Both the position numbers and the translations under genes were made by a program. Below, one piece after another: positions 14,859-24,000 of a stretch of DNA of 24,000 nucleotides. Source of the DNA: Cupriavidus phytorum (GTDB taxonomy: Bacteria; Pseudomonadota; Gammaproteobacteria; Burkholderiales; Burkholderiaceae); assembly GCF_003254285.1 (NCBI RefSeq), contig NZ_QKZN01000006.1, forward strand, positions 140,475 to 164,474, written 5' to 3'. Positions within the stretch are counted from its first letter, which is position 1. Every line of letters begins with the position of its first letter. The notes below the pieces were generated by a model. The model searched no databases, was not told the origin of the DNA, and saw only the letters and a program-made list of their open reading frames with translations.

Positions 14859-15647
14859 ATGAACCTGACAGAAGACACTATCGCCCATCTCGCCGAACAC
14901 CTGGAAAACGCAGAGCTGCGGCGCGAGGCGGTGCGCAAGATCACCGACGAGTACCCGGAGATGGACTGGGACGACGCCTACGCCATCCAGGACGCCATCC
15001 GCGTGCGCAAGACCGCGCGCGGCACCCATATTGCCGGGCTCAAGATGGGCCTGACCTCGTTCGCCAAGATGCGCCAGATGGGCGTGAGCGAGCCGGTGTA
15101 CGGCTTTCTCACCGACTACGGCGCCTGCATGGACGGCGCCGCCATCGATACCGGCACGCTGATCCATCCCAAGGTCGAGGCCGAGATCGCCTTCGTGCTG
15201 AAGGCGCCGCTCAAGGGTCCGGGCTGCCATATCGGCGACGTGCTGGCCGCGACCGACTTCGTGGTGCCGGCGGTAGAGGTGATCGACTCGCGCTACGAGA
15301 ACTTCCGCTTCGACCTGAAGAGCGTGATTGCCGACAACACCTCGTCGGCACGCTTCGTGGTCGGCGGCACGCACCGCGGCACCGAAGGGCTGGACCTGAA
15401 GAACCTGGGCGTGGTGCTGGAGAAGAACGGCGAGGTGGTGGCCACCGCCGCCGGCGCGGCGGTGCTGGGCCACCCGGCCAACAGCGTCGCCATGCTCGCC
15501 AACATGCTTGGCGCGCGCGGGCGCGAACTGCCGGCCGGCACCTTCATCATGACCGGCGGCGTCACCGAGGCCATCGCGGTGGCAGCCGGCGACAGCATCA
15601 CCGTGCGCTACCAGCACCTGGGCACCGTGTCGATGCGCTTCACCTGA
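14859..15647 (+). CDS. dmpH: 4-Oxalocrotonate decarboxylase (XylI/DmpH-like), 262 aa
   Basis: LAEHLENAEL...ITDEYPEMDWDDAYAIQ...GLKMGLTSFAKMRQMGVSEPVYGFL...VEVIDSRYENFRFDL...GTFIMTGGVTEAIAVAAGDSITVRYQHLG matches DmpH rather than its hydratase paralogue. Confidence 0.9.
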   Translation: MNLTEDTIAHLAEHLENAELRREAVRKITDEYPEMDWDDAYAIQDAIRVRKTARGTHIAGLKMGLTSFAKMRQMGVSEPVYGFLTDYGACMDGAAIDTGTLIHPKVEAEIAFVLKAPLKGPGCHIGDVLAATDFVVPAVEVIDSRYENFRFDLKSVIADNTSSARFVVGGTHRGTEGLDLKNLGVVLEKNGEVVATAAGAAVLGHPANSVAMLANMLGARGRELPAGTFIMTGGVTEAIAVAAGDSITVRYQHLGTVSMRFT

Positions 15648-15667
15648 ACCTGCCAAGGAGACACAAC

Positions 15668-15859
15668 ATGCCGATCATGCAGGTCTTCCTGATCGAAGGC
15701 CGCACCGAAGAACAGAAGGCGCGCCTGATCCGCGCGCTGACCGACGCCGCGGTCGAGGCAGTGGGCGCGCCGGTGGAAACCGTGCGCGTGATGATCACCG
15801 AAGTGCCGAAGACGCAGTTCGGCATCGGCGGCAAGACTGCCAGGGAACTGGGCCGCTGA
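15668..15859 (+). CDS. dmpI: 4-Oxalocrotonate tautomerase (XylH/DmpI-like), 63 aa
   Basis: AAGGAGA Shine-Dalgarno. MPIMQVFLIEGRTEEQKARLIRALTDA...VRVMITEVPKTQFGIGG carries the catalytic N-terminal Pro after Met removal, and the size is canonical. Confidence 0.92.
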   Translation: MPIMQVFLIEGRTEEQKARLIRALTDAAVEAVGAPVETVRVMITEVPKTQFGIGGKTARELGR

Positions 15860-15901
15860 CGCGGCGTCCAGAGCAACCAGACATAACGAACAGGAAGGGA
15901 C

Positions 15902-16846
15902 ATGGACATGAAAGCAAGCGGCCGCCACAAGGTGGCCATCATCGGGTCCGGCAATATCGGCACCGACCTGATGATCAAGGTGATGCGGCACGGCCGCCAT
16001 CTGGAAATGGGGGCGATGGTGGGCATCGATGCCGCATCGGACGGGCTGGCGCGCGCCGCGCGCCTGGGTGTGCCGACGACGGCTGCAGGCATCGAAGGAC
16101 TGGTCGGCATGGCGGGCTTCGACGAGATCCGCATCGCCTTCGATGCCACCTCCGCCGGCGCCCACGCGCATCACAACCGCGTGCTGCAGCAGCACGGCGT
16201 GCGCGTGGTGGACCTGACGCCGGCGTCGATCGGTCCCTACGTGGTGCCCGTGGTCAACCTGGACCAGCACCTTGACGCACCCAACATCAATATGGTCACC
16301 TGCGGCGGGCAGGCCACCATTCCCATGGTGGCGGCGGTGTCGCGCGTGGCCAGGGTGCATTACGCCGAGATCGTGGCGTCGATCTCCAGCAAGTCCGCCG
16401 GACCCGGTACGCGCGCCAATATCGACGAGTTCACGGAAACCACCAGCCGGGCGCTGTGCTCGGTGGGCGGCGCCGCGCGTGGCAAGGCCATCATCGTGCT
16501 GAACCCGGCGGAACCACCGCTGATGATGCGCGACACGGTCTTCACCCTGTCGGAGGACGGCGATGAAGCGGAAATTGCCGCAAGCGTCGAAACCATGGCA
16601 CAGGCGGTGCAGGCCTATGTGCCGGGCTACCGGCTCAAGCAGCGCGTGCAGTTCGAACGCATCGCTGCGTCGGCGCCGCTGAACATCCCCGGACTGGGGC
16701 CGATGCACGGGCTCAAGACCTCGATCTTCCTGGAGGTGGAAGGCGCCGCGCATTACCTGCCTGCCTACGCCGGCAACCTCGACATCATGACCAGCGCCGC
16801 GCTGGCCTGCGCCGAGCGCCTGGCCGAGACCCGGCTGTCGGCATGA
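15902..16846 (+). CDS. dmpF: Acetaldehyde dehydrogenase (acylating) (DmpF/MhpF-like), 314 aa
   Basis: [20 protein letters not shown] is the Rossmann motif, [12 protein letters not shown] holds the catalytic Cys, and [13 protein letters not shown] is also present. The ATG at 15908 (two codons in) is an equally plausible start relative to AGGAAGG. Confidence 0.92.
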   Translation: MDMKASGRHKVAIIGSGNIGTDLMIKVMRHGRHLEMGAMVGIDAASDGLARAARLGVPTTAAGIEGLVGMAGFDEIRIAFDATSAGAHAHHNRVLQQHGVRVVDLTPASIGPYVVPVVNLDQHLDAPNINMVTCGGQATIPMVAAVSRVARVHYAEIVASISSKSAGPGTRANIDEFTETTSRALCSVGGAARGKAIIVLNPAEPPLMMRDTVFTLSEDGDEAEIAASVETMAQAVQAYVPGYRLKQRVQFERIAASAPLNIPGLGPMHGLKTSIFLEVEGAAHYLPAYAGNLDIMTSAALACAERLAETRLSA

Positions 16847-16890
16847 GCGCGGCGCCACGCCATGAACGCATCGAAAGCAGGAAGACCAAC

Positions 16891-17949
16891 ATGACCGCAC
16901 AACCTACCAAGAAGCTCTATATCTCCGACGTGACGCTGCGCGACGGCAGCCACGCGATCCGCCACCAGTACAGCCTGGAACACGTGCGCCGCATTGCCGC
17001 GGCACTCGACGCGGCCCGCGTCGATTCGATCGAAGTGGCGCACGGCGACGGGCTGTCGGGCTCCAGCTTCAACTACGGCTTCGGCGCACACACCGACCTG
17101 GAATGGATTGCGGCCGTGGCCGAAACCGTGCGCCATGCCCGCGTGGCCACGCTGCTGCTGCCCGGCGTGGGCACCGTGCATGACCTGCGCGCCGCCTACG
17201 ACGCCGGTGCGCGCGTGGTGCGCGTGGCCACGCACTGCACCGAGGCCGACGTCTCGCGCCAGCATATCGAATACGCGCGCAAACTCGGCATGGATACCGT
17301 CGGCTTCCTGATGATGAGCCACATGACCACGCCCGCGGCGCTGGCGCAGCAGGCGAAGCTGATGGAAAGCTACGGCGCCCAGTGCGTGTATGTGGTCGAT
17401 TCCGGCGGCGCCCTGGGCATGCAGGACGTGCGCGAGCGCTTTCGCGCGTTCAAGGATGTGCTGCGGCCGGAAACCCAGACCGGCATGCATGCCCACCACA
17501 ACCTGAGCCTGGGCGTGGCCAACTCGATTGTCGCGGTGGAGGAAGGCTGCGACCGCATCGACGCCAGCCTGGCGGGCATGGGCGCCGGCGCCGGCAACGC
17601 GCCGCTCGAGGTCTTTATCGCCGCCGCCGAACGCCTGGGCTGGCAGCACGGCTGCGACCTCTACACGCTGATGGATGCCGCCGACGACATCGTGCGCCCG
17701 CTGCAGGACCGCCCGGTCCGTGTCGACCGCGAAACCCTGGCGCTGGGCTACGCCGGCGTCTATTCCAGCTTCCTGCGCCACGCCGAAGCCGCCGCGGCGC
17801 GCTACGGGCTGGGCACGGTCGACATCCTGGTCGAGCTGGGCAAGCGGCGCATGGTGGGCGGGCAGGAGGACATGATCGTGGATGTCGCGCTGGACCTGCT
17901 GGCACGGCGCGATATGCCGGCCGTCGCGGCGAGTGGCGCCGGAGTGTGA
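16891..17949 (+). CDS. dmpG: 4-Hydroxy-2-oxovalerate aldolase (DmpG/MhpE-like), 352 aa
   Basis: [28 protein letters not shown] matches the DmpG N-terminus ([16 protein letters not shown]). [13 protein letters not shown] supplies the metal-binding His residues. AGGAAG lies 7 nt upstream of 16891. An in-frame ATG at 16843 overlaps the dmpF stop (ATGA) but would add 16 non-conserved residues. Confidence 0.92.
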   Translation: MTAQPTKKLYISDVTLRDGSHAIRHQYSLEHVRRIAAALDAARVDSIEVAHGDGLSGSSFNYGFGAHTDLEWIAAVAETVRHARVATLLLPGVGTVHDLRAAYDAGARVVRVATHCTEADVSRQHIEYARKLGMDTVGFLMMSHMTTPAALAQQAKLMESYGAQCVYVVDSGGALGMQDVRERFRAFKDVLRPETQTGMHAHHNLSLGVANSIVAVEEGCDRIDASLAGMGAGAGNAPLEVFIAAAERLGWQHGCDLYTLMDAADDIVRPLQDRPVRVDRETLALGYAGVYSSFLRHAEAAAARYGLGTVDILVELGKRRMVGGQEDMIVDVALDLLARRDMPAVAASGAGV

Positions 17950-17969
17950 GCTGCGACACACCCTTTTTT
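17944..17969 (+). terminator. Candidate intrinsic terminator of the meta-cleavage operon
   Basis: GTGTG-agctgcga-CACAC-cc-TTTTTT overlaps the dmpG stop codon. The stem is short (5 bp), but a T6 run is conspicuous in this GC-rich DNA. Two further hairpins follow: CCCCAC-tctt-GTGGGG at 17997-18012 and GCCAGGGC-catgc-GCCCTGGC at 18067-18087. Confidence 0.35.
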
Positions 17970-18214
17970 CGCTCCCTCGCGCCAATTGCACCCGCCCCCC
18001 ACTCTTGTGGGGAACAGTTCACCGGCTCGCTACCGTTAGCCCCCGCAACAAAGAGCACGGATGCCAGCCAGGGCCATGCGCCCTGGCGATCCCGCATACC
18101 GTGCCGACCGGCAGGAACGGGCGCGCAGTGGCATGCCGCAGTTGGGCATGCAACAGGGTTAGAACCATAACAACGGAAGCGCATACGTCTTCTTGGACGG
18201 TAAGGGGAGTGATC

Positions 18215-19852
18215 ATGAGTGTTTTCAGGAGTCTGTCTATCCGCACGCGGCTGCTGGCCGGGTTCGGCACGCTGGCGGGCGTGGTGCTGGTGGTGTCGGC
18301 GTACTCGTTGCATGCGCTCGGCGAGGCGACGGCGGGTTTCCATGACTATCTGAACGGTTTGAATGCGCGCGCCGACATGGCTGCACAAGTGCGCAGCGCC
18401 GTGGATCGGCGTGCCATCGCGGCGCGCAACCTGGTGCTGGTGACGGACGCCGCCGAGCTGGAGCGCGAGAAGGCCGATGCCCTGCGCGCGCACGCAGACG
18501 TGCAGGCCCGGCTGGCTCGGCTCAATGAGATGGTGCGCCAGCCTGGCGTCAGCGAAGAGGCGCGCAAGCTGGTCGAGGATGTCGCCAGGGTCGAGGCGCA
18601 GTATGGTCCGGTCGCCACCGGCATTGTCGGGCTGGCGGTCGAGCGCAAGATCGAGGAAGCCATCGGCCGGATCGACAAGCAATGTCGTCCGTTGCTGGCG
18701 GCGCTGATCAAGTCGACCGATGCCTACGCCGAGTTCACCAAGACCCGCCAAAAGGAAATGGAGCGCAGGCTCGAGACGGACTACGAGCGCCAGCGCAACC
18801 TGCTGATCCTGATCTCGCTGGTGTCAGCGGTGATTGCGCTTGCCGGCGGCGTGCTGATCACGCGTGCCATCACGCGCCCGATCCAGCGCGCCGTGGAGGT
18901 GGCCGGCACCGTTGCCGGCGGCGACCTGGGCGCGCGCATCGAAGTGGACCGCCATGACGAGACCGGCCGGCTGCTGGCGGCATTGCGCGACATGAACGAG
19001 CGCCTGACCGCCACCGTCACCCGCGTGCGCGCCAGCAGCGGCAATATCGCCATCAGCACCAGCGAAATTGCCCGCGGCAACGCCGACCTGAGCAGCCGCA
19101 CCGAGGAGCAGGCGGCCTCGCTGGAGCAGACCGCGGCGAGCATGGAGGAACTGACCGAGACCGTGCGCCAGAACACCGATAACGCGCGCCAGGCCAGCGA
19201 ACTCGCGCGCAGCGCCGCCGATGTGGCGCAGCGCGGCAGCACCACGGTGCAGCGCGTGGTCGGCACGATGCAGGACATCAGCGCCAGTTCGAACAAGATC
19301 GCGGAGATCACCGGCATCATCGAGGGCATTGCGTTCCAGACCAATATCCTGGCGCTGAACGCCGCGGTGGAAGCGGCGCGCGCCGGCGAGCAGGGCCGCG
19401 GCTTTGCCGTGGTGGCGAGCGAGGTGCGCGGGCTGGCCCAGCGCTCCTCCAGTGCGGCCAAGGAGATCAAGGAGCTGATCGAGGCCTCGGGACGGCAGGT
19501 GCAGGATGGCTCGTCGCTGGCCAGCGAGGCCGGCCAGACCATGGCCGAGGTGACCCAGGCGGTGGCGCGCGTGACCGGCATCGTCGAGGAGATCGCGACG
19601 GCATCGGCCGAGCAGACCCGCGGCATCGAGCAGGTCAACCAGGCCATCGTGCAGATCGACCAGGTCACGCAGCAGAACGCGTCGCTGGTGAGCGAGGCGG
19701 CCAATGCCTCGCGCGCGCTGGAAGAGCAGGGCCGCGAACTGAGCGAGGTGGTGGCGTTCTTCCGCCTGCCCGGCGAAGCGGGGACCGTCCCGGCGGGCGC
19801 CGCTACGCTGGCCGCGCCGCGGCGCGCGGCGCACCAACTCGCCTCTGCCTAG
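18215..19852 (+). CDS. Methyl-accepting chemotaxis protein (two TM segments, four-helix-bundle-type periplasmic domain, HAMP, MA signalling domain), 545 aa
   Basis: AAGGGGA Shine-Dalgarno before the ATG at 18215. The track ORF from 17882 overlaps dmpG. TM1 is [20 protein letters not shown] and TM2 is [20 protein letters not shown]. The HAMP domain includes [23 protein letters not shown]. The hairpin tip is the highly conserved [34 protein letters not shown]. There is no C-terminal NWETF-type pentapeptide. Confidence 0.92.
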   Translation: MSVFRSLSIRTRLLAGFGTLAGVVLVVSAYSLHALGEATAGFHDYLNGLNARADMAAQVRSAVDRRAIAARNLVLVTDAAELEREKADALRAHADVQARLARLNEMVRQPGVSEEARKLVEDVARVEAQYGPVATGIVGLAVERKIEEAIGRIDKQCRPLLAALIKSTDAYAEFTKTRQKEMERRLETDYERQRNLLILISLVSAVIALAGGVLITRAITRPIQRAVEVAGTVAGGDLGARIEVDRHDETGRLLAALRDMNERLTATVTRVRASSGNIAISTSEIARGNADLSSRTEEQAASLEQTAASMEELTETVRQNTDNARQASELARSAADVAQRGSTTVQRVVGTMQDISASSNKIAEITGIIEGIAFQTNILALNAAVEAARAGEQGRGFAVVASEVRGLAQRSSSAAKEIKELIEASGRQVQDGSSLASEAGQTMAEVTQAVARVTGIVEEIATASAEQTRGIEQVNQAIVQIDQVTQQNASLVSEAANASRALEEQGRELSEVVAFFRLPGEAGTVPAGAATLAAPRRAAHQLASA

Positions 19853-19932
19853 CGGCAGGCCGCAAGGCGGCGTGGCTGCAAGGCGGCGGCGGGGCGGGTA
19901 AACTGGCCGCTCCCACCTTCCTTGCCACCGCC

Positions 19933-20901
19933 ATGACCGCCCTGCCGATCTCCTTCGACGACGTTGCCGCCGCGCACGAACGCATCCGCGCGGCCGCGCA
20001 TCGCACGCCGGTGCTGACCTCCGCCACCGCCGACGCGGCCACCGGCGCGCAGCTGTTCTTCAAGTGCGAGAACTTCCAGCGCATCGGCGCCTTCAAGTTC
20101 CGCGGCGCCTACAACGCGATTGCCCAGTTCACGCCGCAGCAGAAGGCGGGCGGGGTGCTGGCGTTTTCTTCCGGCAACCATGCGCAGGCGATCGCGCTGT
20201 CAGCGCGCCTGCTGGGCGTGCAGGCGGTGATCGTGATGCCGCAGGACGCCCCGGCGATCAAGATCGAGGCCACGCGAGGCTACGGCGCCGAGGTGGTGCT
20301 GTATGACCGCTACCGCGACGACCGCGAGGCCCTGGGCCGGCGCATCGCCGGCGAGCGCGGCATGACGCTGATCCCGCCCTACGACCACCCGCACGTGATG
20401 GCCGGTCAAGGCACCGCGGCCAAGGAACTGTTCGAGGAAACCGGCCCGCTCGACATGCTGGTGGTGTGCCTGGGCGGCGGCGGCCTGCTGTCGGGCTGCG
20501 CGATTGCGGCACAGGCGATGTCGCCCGGCTGTGCTGTTTACGGCGTCGAGCCCGAGGCCGGCAACGACGGCCAGCGCAGCCTGCGCAGCGGCGAGATCGT
20601 CCGCATCGATACCCCGCGCACCATTGCCGACGGCGCGCAGACGCCGTACCTGGGCAACCACACCTTCGCCGTGATCCGCGAGCTGGTGACGGATATCGCC
20701 ACGGTGTCTGACGCCGAACTGGTCGAGACCATGAAGTTCTTCGCCGGCCGCATGAAGATCGTCGCCGAGCCCACCGGCTGCCTGGCCGCGGCCGCGGTGC
20801 TGCATGGCAAGCTCGATGTGAAGGGCAAGCGCGTGGGTATTATCGTGTCGGGCGGGAATGTGGATCTGGGGGCGTTTGCCGGCTTTATCGGAGCCAGCTG
20901 A
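19933..20901 (+). CDS. PLP-dependent serine/threonine dehydratase family protein (fold-type II, no ACT regulatory domain; serine-racemase/threo-3-hydroxyaspartate-lyase-like), 322 aa
   Basis: FKCENFQRIGAFKFRGAYNAI contains the PLP-binding Lys. SSGNHAQAIALSAR and the glycine loop VCLGGGGLLSG are also present. The length indicates a catalytic domain only. There is no obvious Shine-Dalgarno, so the start is supported only by a typical N-terminus. Confidence 0.85.
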   Translation: MTALPISFDDVAAAHERIRAAAHRTPVLTSATADAATGAQLFFKCENFQRIGAFKFRGAYNAIAQFTPQQKAGGVLAFSSGNHAQAIALSARLLGVQAVIVMPQDAPAIKIEATRGYGAEVVLYDRYRDDREALGRRIAGERGMTLIPPYDHPHVMAGQGTAAKELFEETGPLDMLVVCLGGGGLLSGCAIAAQAMSPGCAVYGVEPEAGNDGQRSLRSGEIVRIDTPRTIADGAQTPYLGNHTFAVIRELVTDIATVSDAELVETMKFFAGRMKIVAEPTGCLAAAAVLHGKLDVKGKRVGIIVSGGNVDLGAFAGFIGAS

Positions 20902-20975
20902 CAGGGGCGCCAGGGAATCCTTGCCGGCGCGAGCTCTCTAAGCTCCAGACCGATACCACAGGGGTTTGGGCAGAC

Positions 20976-22205
<1,230 letters not shown>

Positions 22206-22228
22206 TCTTCGCCGCCACGCCAGGCGCG

Positions 22229-23026
22229 CTAGCGCCCGAACTGCCCCAGCACCGTTCCCACCGCCTCCAGCCCCGCCTCGATCATGTGCTGCATGTAGCT
22301 GCCCATCTGCGGCATTACCAGCATCAGCACCAGCAAGCCGCCCGACAGCGTCACCGGGAAGCCCACCGCGAAGATCGACAGTTGCGGGGAGGCACGGTTG
22401 AGGATGCCCATGGCCAGGTTCAGGATCAGCAAGGCGGCGATCATCGGCAGCGCCAGCAGCAGGCCGGAGGCGAACACCATGCCGCCGGCGCGGGCCACGG
22501 CCAGGGCGCCGCCTGCGGACAGCGGGGTGCCGCCGGGGTTGCCACCGATAGGCAGGCTGTTGAAGCTGTCGACCAGCGCGCCCAGCATCAGCAGGTGGCC
22601 GTCGAGCGCCAGGAACAGCAGCACCGCGATCAGGTTCAGGAAGCGCGACAGCACCATGGTCTGGCCGCCGGCGGCGCGGTCGAAGAAGGACGCGAACGAC
22701 AAGCCCATCTGCAGGCCGATGATCTCGCCCGCTTGCTGCACGGTGGCGAACACCAGCCGCATGACGAAGCCCGTGGCCAGGCCGATGCCGACTTCATTGA
22801 GGATGATCAGCAGCCCGTCGAAGGAGTAGACCGGCACCACCGGTACTTGGGCGATGGTGGGCGAGACCACCATGGCGATCATCGCCGACAGCGCGATCTT
22901 GGCGCGCCGCGGGATGGTCGATTCACCGAACAGCGGCGCGGTGCCGATCAGCGCCAGGATGCGGAAAAACGGCCACAGGAAAGCCGCGAGCCAGCCGTAG
23001 AGCTGGGCTGAGGTGAACTCGATCAC
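22229..23026 (-). CDS. fliR: Flagellar biosynthesis/export protein FliR, 265 aa
   Basis: The GTG start gives MIEFTSAQLYGWLAAFLWPFFRILALIGTAPLFGESTIPRRAKIAL, which aligns residue for residue with the E. coli FliR N-terminus ([46 protein letters not shown]). It is polytopic and lies downstream of fliP and fliQ. Confidence 0.9.
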   Translation of the reverse strand: MIEFTSAQLYGWLAAFLWPFFRILALIGTAPLFGESTIPRRAKIALSAMIAMVVSPTIAQVPVVPVYSFDGLLIILNEVGIGLATGFVMRLVFATVQQAGEIIGLQMGLSFASFFDRAAGGQTMVLSRFLNLIAVLLFLALDGHLLMLGALVDSFNSLPIGGNPGGTPLSAGGALAVARAGGMVFASGLLLALPMIAALLILNLAMGILNRASPQLSIFAVGFPVTLSGGLLVLMLVMPQMGSYMQHMIEAGLEAVGTVLGQFGR

Positions 23027-23105
23027 GGCGGCGGGTCAGCGGGCAGGCAGGGTGAAATGCGGCGAGGGTGCGGACAGCAGCGGCTGGCGGCGTGGGCGGC
23101 CGCGG

Positions 23106-23375
23106 TCAGTGCGCCAGCGCGGGGATGCTCTGGAACACCTCGCGCATGTAGTCGACCATCGCGTTGATCATCCACGGGCCGGCCAGCACCATGGTGGCGA
23201 ACAGCGCAATCAGCTTGGGGATGAAGCTCAGCGTCATCTCGTTGATCTGGGTCGCGGCCTGGAACAGGCTGACCACCAGGCCGGCGGCCAGCGCCACCAG
23301 CAGCAGCGGGGCGGCCAGAATCAGGGTCATCTTCATCGCCTGGGTGGCGATGGTCATTACGGTCTCTGGGGTCAT
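23106..23375 (-). CDS. fliQ: Flagellar biosynthesis/export protein FliQ, 89 aa
   Basis: An 89-aa two-TM protein with APLLLVALAAGLVVSLFQAATQINEMTLSFIPKL, the FliQ/SctS signature. It lies between fliP and fliR. Confidence 0.9.
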   Translation of the reverse strand: MTPETVMTIATQAMKMTLILAAPLLLVALAAGLVVSLFQAATQINEMTLSFIPKLIALFATMVLAGPWMINAMVDYMREVFQSIPALAH

Positions 23376-23407
23376 GGCTCTTGCGAAGAAAAGGCTGGCG
23401 CCCGGCG

Positions 23408-24000
23408 TCAGCTCATGAAGCTCTGCGCCAGCGAGCCCAGCAGCAGCTGCCAGCCGTCGACCAGCACGAACAGCATCAGCTTGAACGGCAGCGAGATGGT
23501 GGCCGGCGGCACCATCATCATGCCCATCGCCATCAGCACGCTGGCCACCACCAGGTCGATGATCAGGAACGGGATGAAGATGGTGAAGCCGATCTGGAAC
23601 GCGGTCTTCAGCTCGCTGGTGACGAAGGCCGGCACCAGGATGCTGAGCGGCACTTCCTCCGGCCCCTGCATCTCCGGCGCCTTGGCCATCTGCGCGAACA
23701 TGGCCAGGTCCTTCTCGCGGGTCTGGCGCATCATGAAGGCCTTGAGCGGCTCGGCGGCCTTGGCCGCGGCCGCTTCGAGGCTGAGCTTGTTCTCGGACAG
23801 CGGCTTGTAGGCGTCGTTGTAGACGCGGTCGAACACCGGCGCCATCACGAAGAAGGTCAGGAACAGCGACAGGCCCACCAGCACCTGGTTGGGCGGCGAG
23901 GTGGCCGTGCCGAGCGCGTTGCGCAGCAGCCCCAGCACGATGATGACGCGGGTGAAGCCGGTCATCATCAGCATCGCCGCGGGCAGGAACGACAGCGAAG
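23408..24000 (-). CDS. fliP: Flagellar biosynthesis/export protein FliP (C-terminal about 197 codons; the N-terminus lies beyond the right edge)
   Basis: [23 protein letters not shown]...[22 protein letters not shown]...[41 protein letters not shown] are FliP/SctR signatures. The reading frame stays open upstream of the track's Met to position 24000. Confidence 0.9.
   Translation of the reverse strand, partial: SLSFLPAAMLMMTGFTRVIIVLGLLRNALGTATSPPNQVLVGLSLFLTFFVMAPVFDRVYNDAYKPLSENKLSLEAAAAKAAEPLKAFMMRQTREKDLAMFAQMAKAPEMQGPEEVPLSILVPAFVTSELKTAFQIGFTIFIPFLIIDLVVASVLMAMGMMMVPPATISLPFKLMLFVLVDGWQLLLGSLAQSFMS

Noticed and set aside
16843-16890. An ATGA stop/start overlap between the dmpF-like and dmpG-like genes, suggesting a translationally coupled, 16-residue-longer aldolase.
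   Set aside because: The extra residues ([16 protein letters not shown]) are not part of the conserved DmpG N-terminus. The ATG at 16891 has its own AGGAAG Shine-Dalgarno. Coupling at 16843 cannot be fully excluded without N-terminal proteomics.
18129-18151. Paired GGCATGC(C/A) palindromic boxes upstream of the MCP gene, plus a GCATGCC box near the regulator promoter (4254-4260). Also the 9-mer ATGCCAGCC at both cluster edges (4257 and 18061), as possible operator sites or island-boundary direct repeats.
   Set aside because: GCATGC is expected several times by chance in 24 kb of this composition and is seen at many unrelated positions (for example 1811, 1981, 6221, 11073). A single shared 9-mer falls within chance expectation. 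No integrase, tRNA or other island-boundary hallmark is present.
18090-18214. A search for a FliA (sigma-28, TAAA-N15-GCCGATAA) promoter upstream of the MCP gene, given the nearby flagellar genes. GCCGACC occurs near 18103.
   Set aside because: There is no TAAA-like -35 element at the right spacing, and the -10 match is partial. The support is insufficient to call.
19862-19888. An 11-bp direct repeat GCAAGGCGGCG (19862-19872 and 19878-19888) between the MCP and dehydratase genes.
   Set aside because: It is short, GC-rich and low-complexity, with no associated structure or gene start. It is likely a chance repeat or a weak terminator remnant.
22229-24000. The possibility that the P/Q/R-type export genes belong to a virulence type III secretion system (SctR/S/T) rather than the flagellum.
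   Set aside because: The FliR N-terminus aligns residue for residue with E. coli FliR. The FliP segment has the flagellar-type [15 protein letters not shown] and [14 protein letters not shown] motifs. The contiguous fliP-fliQ-fliR order next to an MCP gene fits a flagellar locus. Formal phylogeny was not done.

Overview
High-GC DNA that looks beta-proteobacterial (Cupriavidus/Ralstonia-like; this is inference from composition, gene content and REP-type repeats, with no search run). Well-known families account for nearly the whole window. (1) Left end: a family-III CoA-transferase on the minus strand, divergent from a three-gene plus-strand unit of qor-like oxidoreductase, zeta-like GST and a crotonase-fold protein. 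(2) Centre, about 13.6 kb on the plus strand: a complete sigma-54-controlled phenol-degradation cluster. It has a DmpR/XylR-type activator, a six-component phenol hydroxylase (dmpKLMNOP-like), a XylT-type ferredoxin and catechol 2,3-dioxygenase. A 207-bp spacer holding an inverted pair of REP-like palindromic elements follows. After it comes the dehydrogenative meta-cleavage branch (dmpC, E, H, I, F, G-like), with no 2-hydroxymuconic-semialdehyde hydrolase gene. (3) Right end: a methyl-accepting chemotaxis protein, a short PLP serine/threonine dehydratase, an orphan RtcB RNA ligase, and the distal part of a flagellar export operon (fliP partial, fliQ, fliR; minus strand). I found no tRNA, rRNA, CRISPR array, transposase or integrase. 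I also see no convincing evidence for a new multi-gene system. The points most worth checking are regulatory and architectural: a sigma-54-type box inside a palindrome upstream of the activator gene itself; a 14-nt AT-rich activator-site repeat duplicated 188 bp apart; the REP pair splitting the catabolic cluster; the hydrolase-less, re-ordered meta operon; a NahY-like chemoreceptor position; and a crotonase-fold protein lacking both catalytic glutamates. The many long antisense ORFs in the track are high-GC artefacts.
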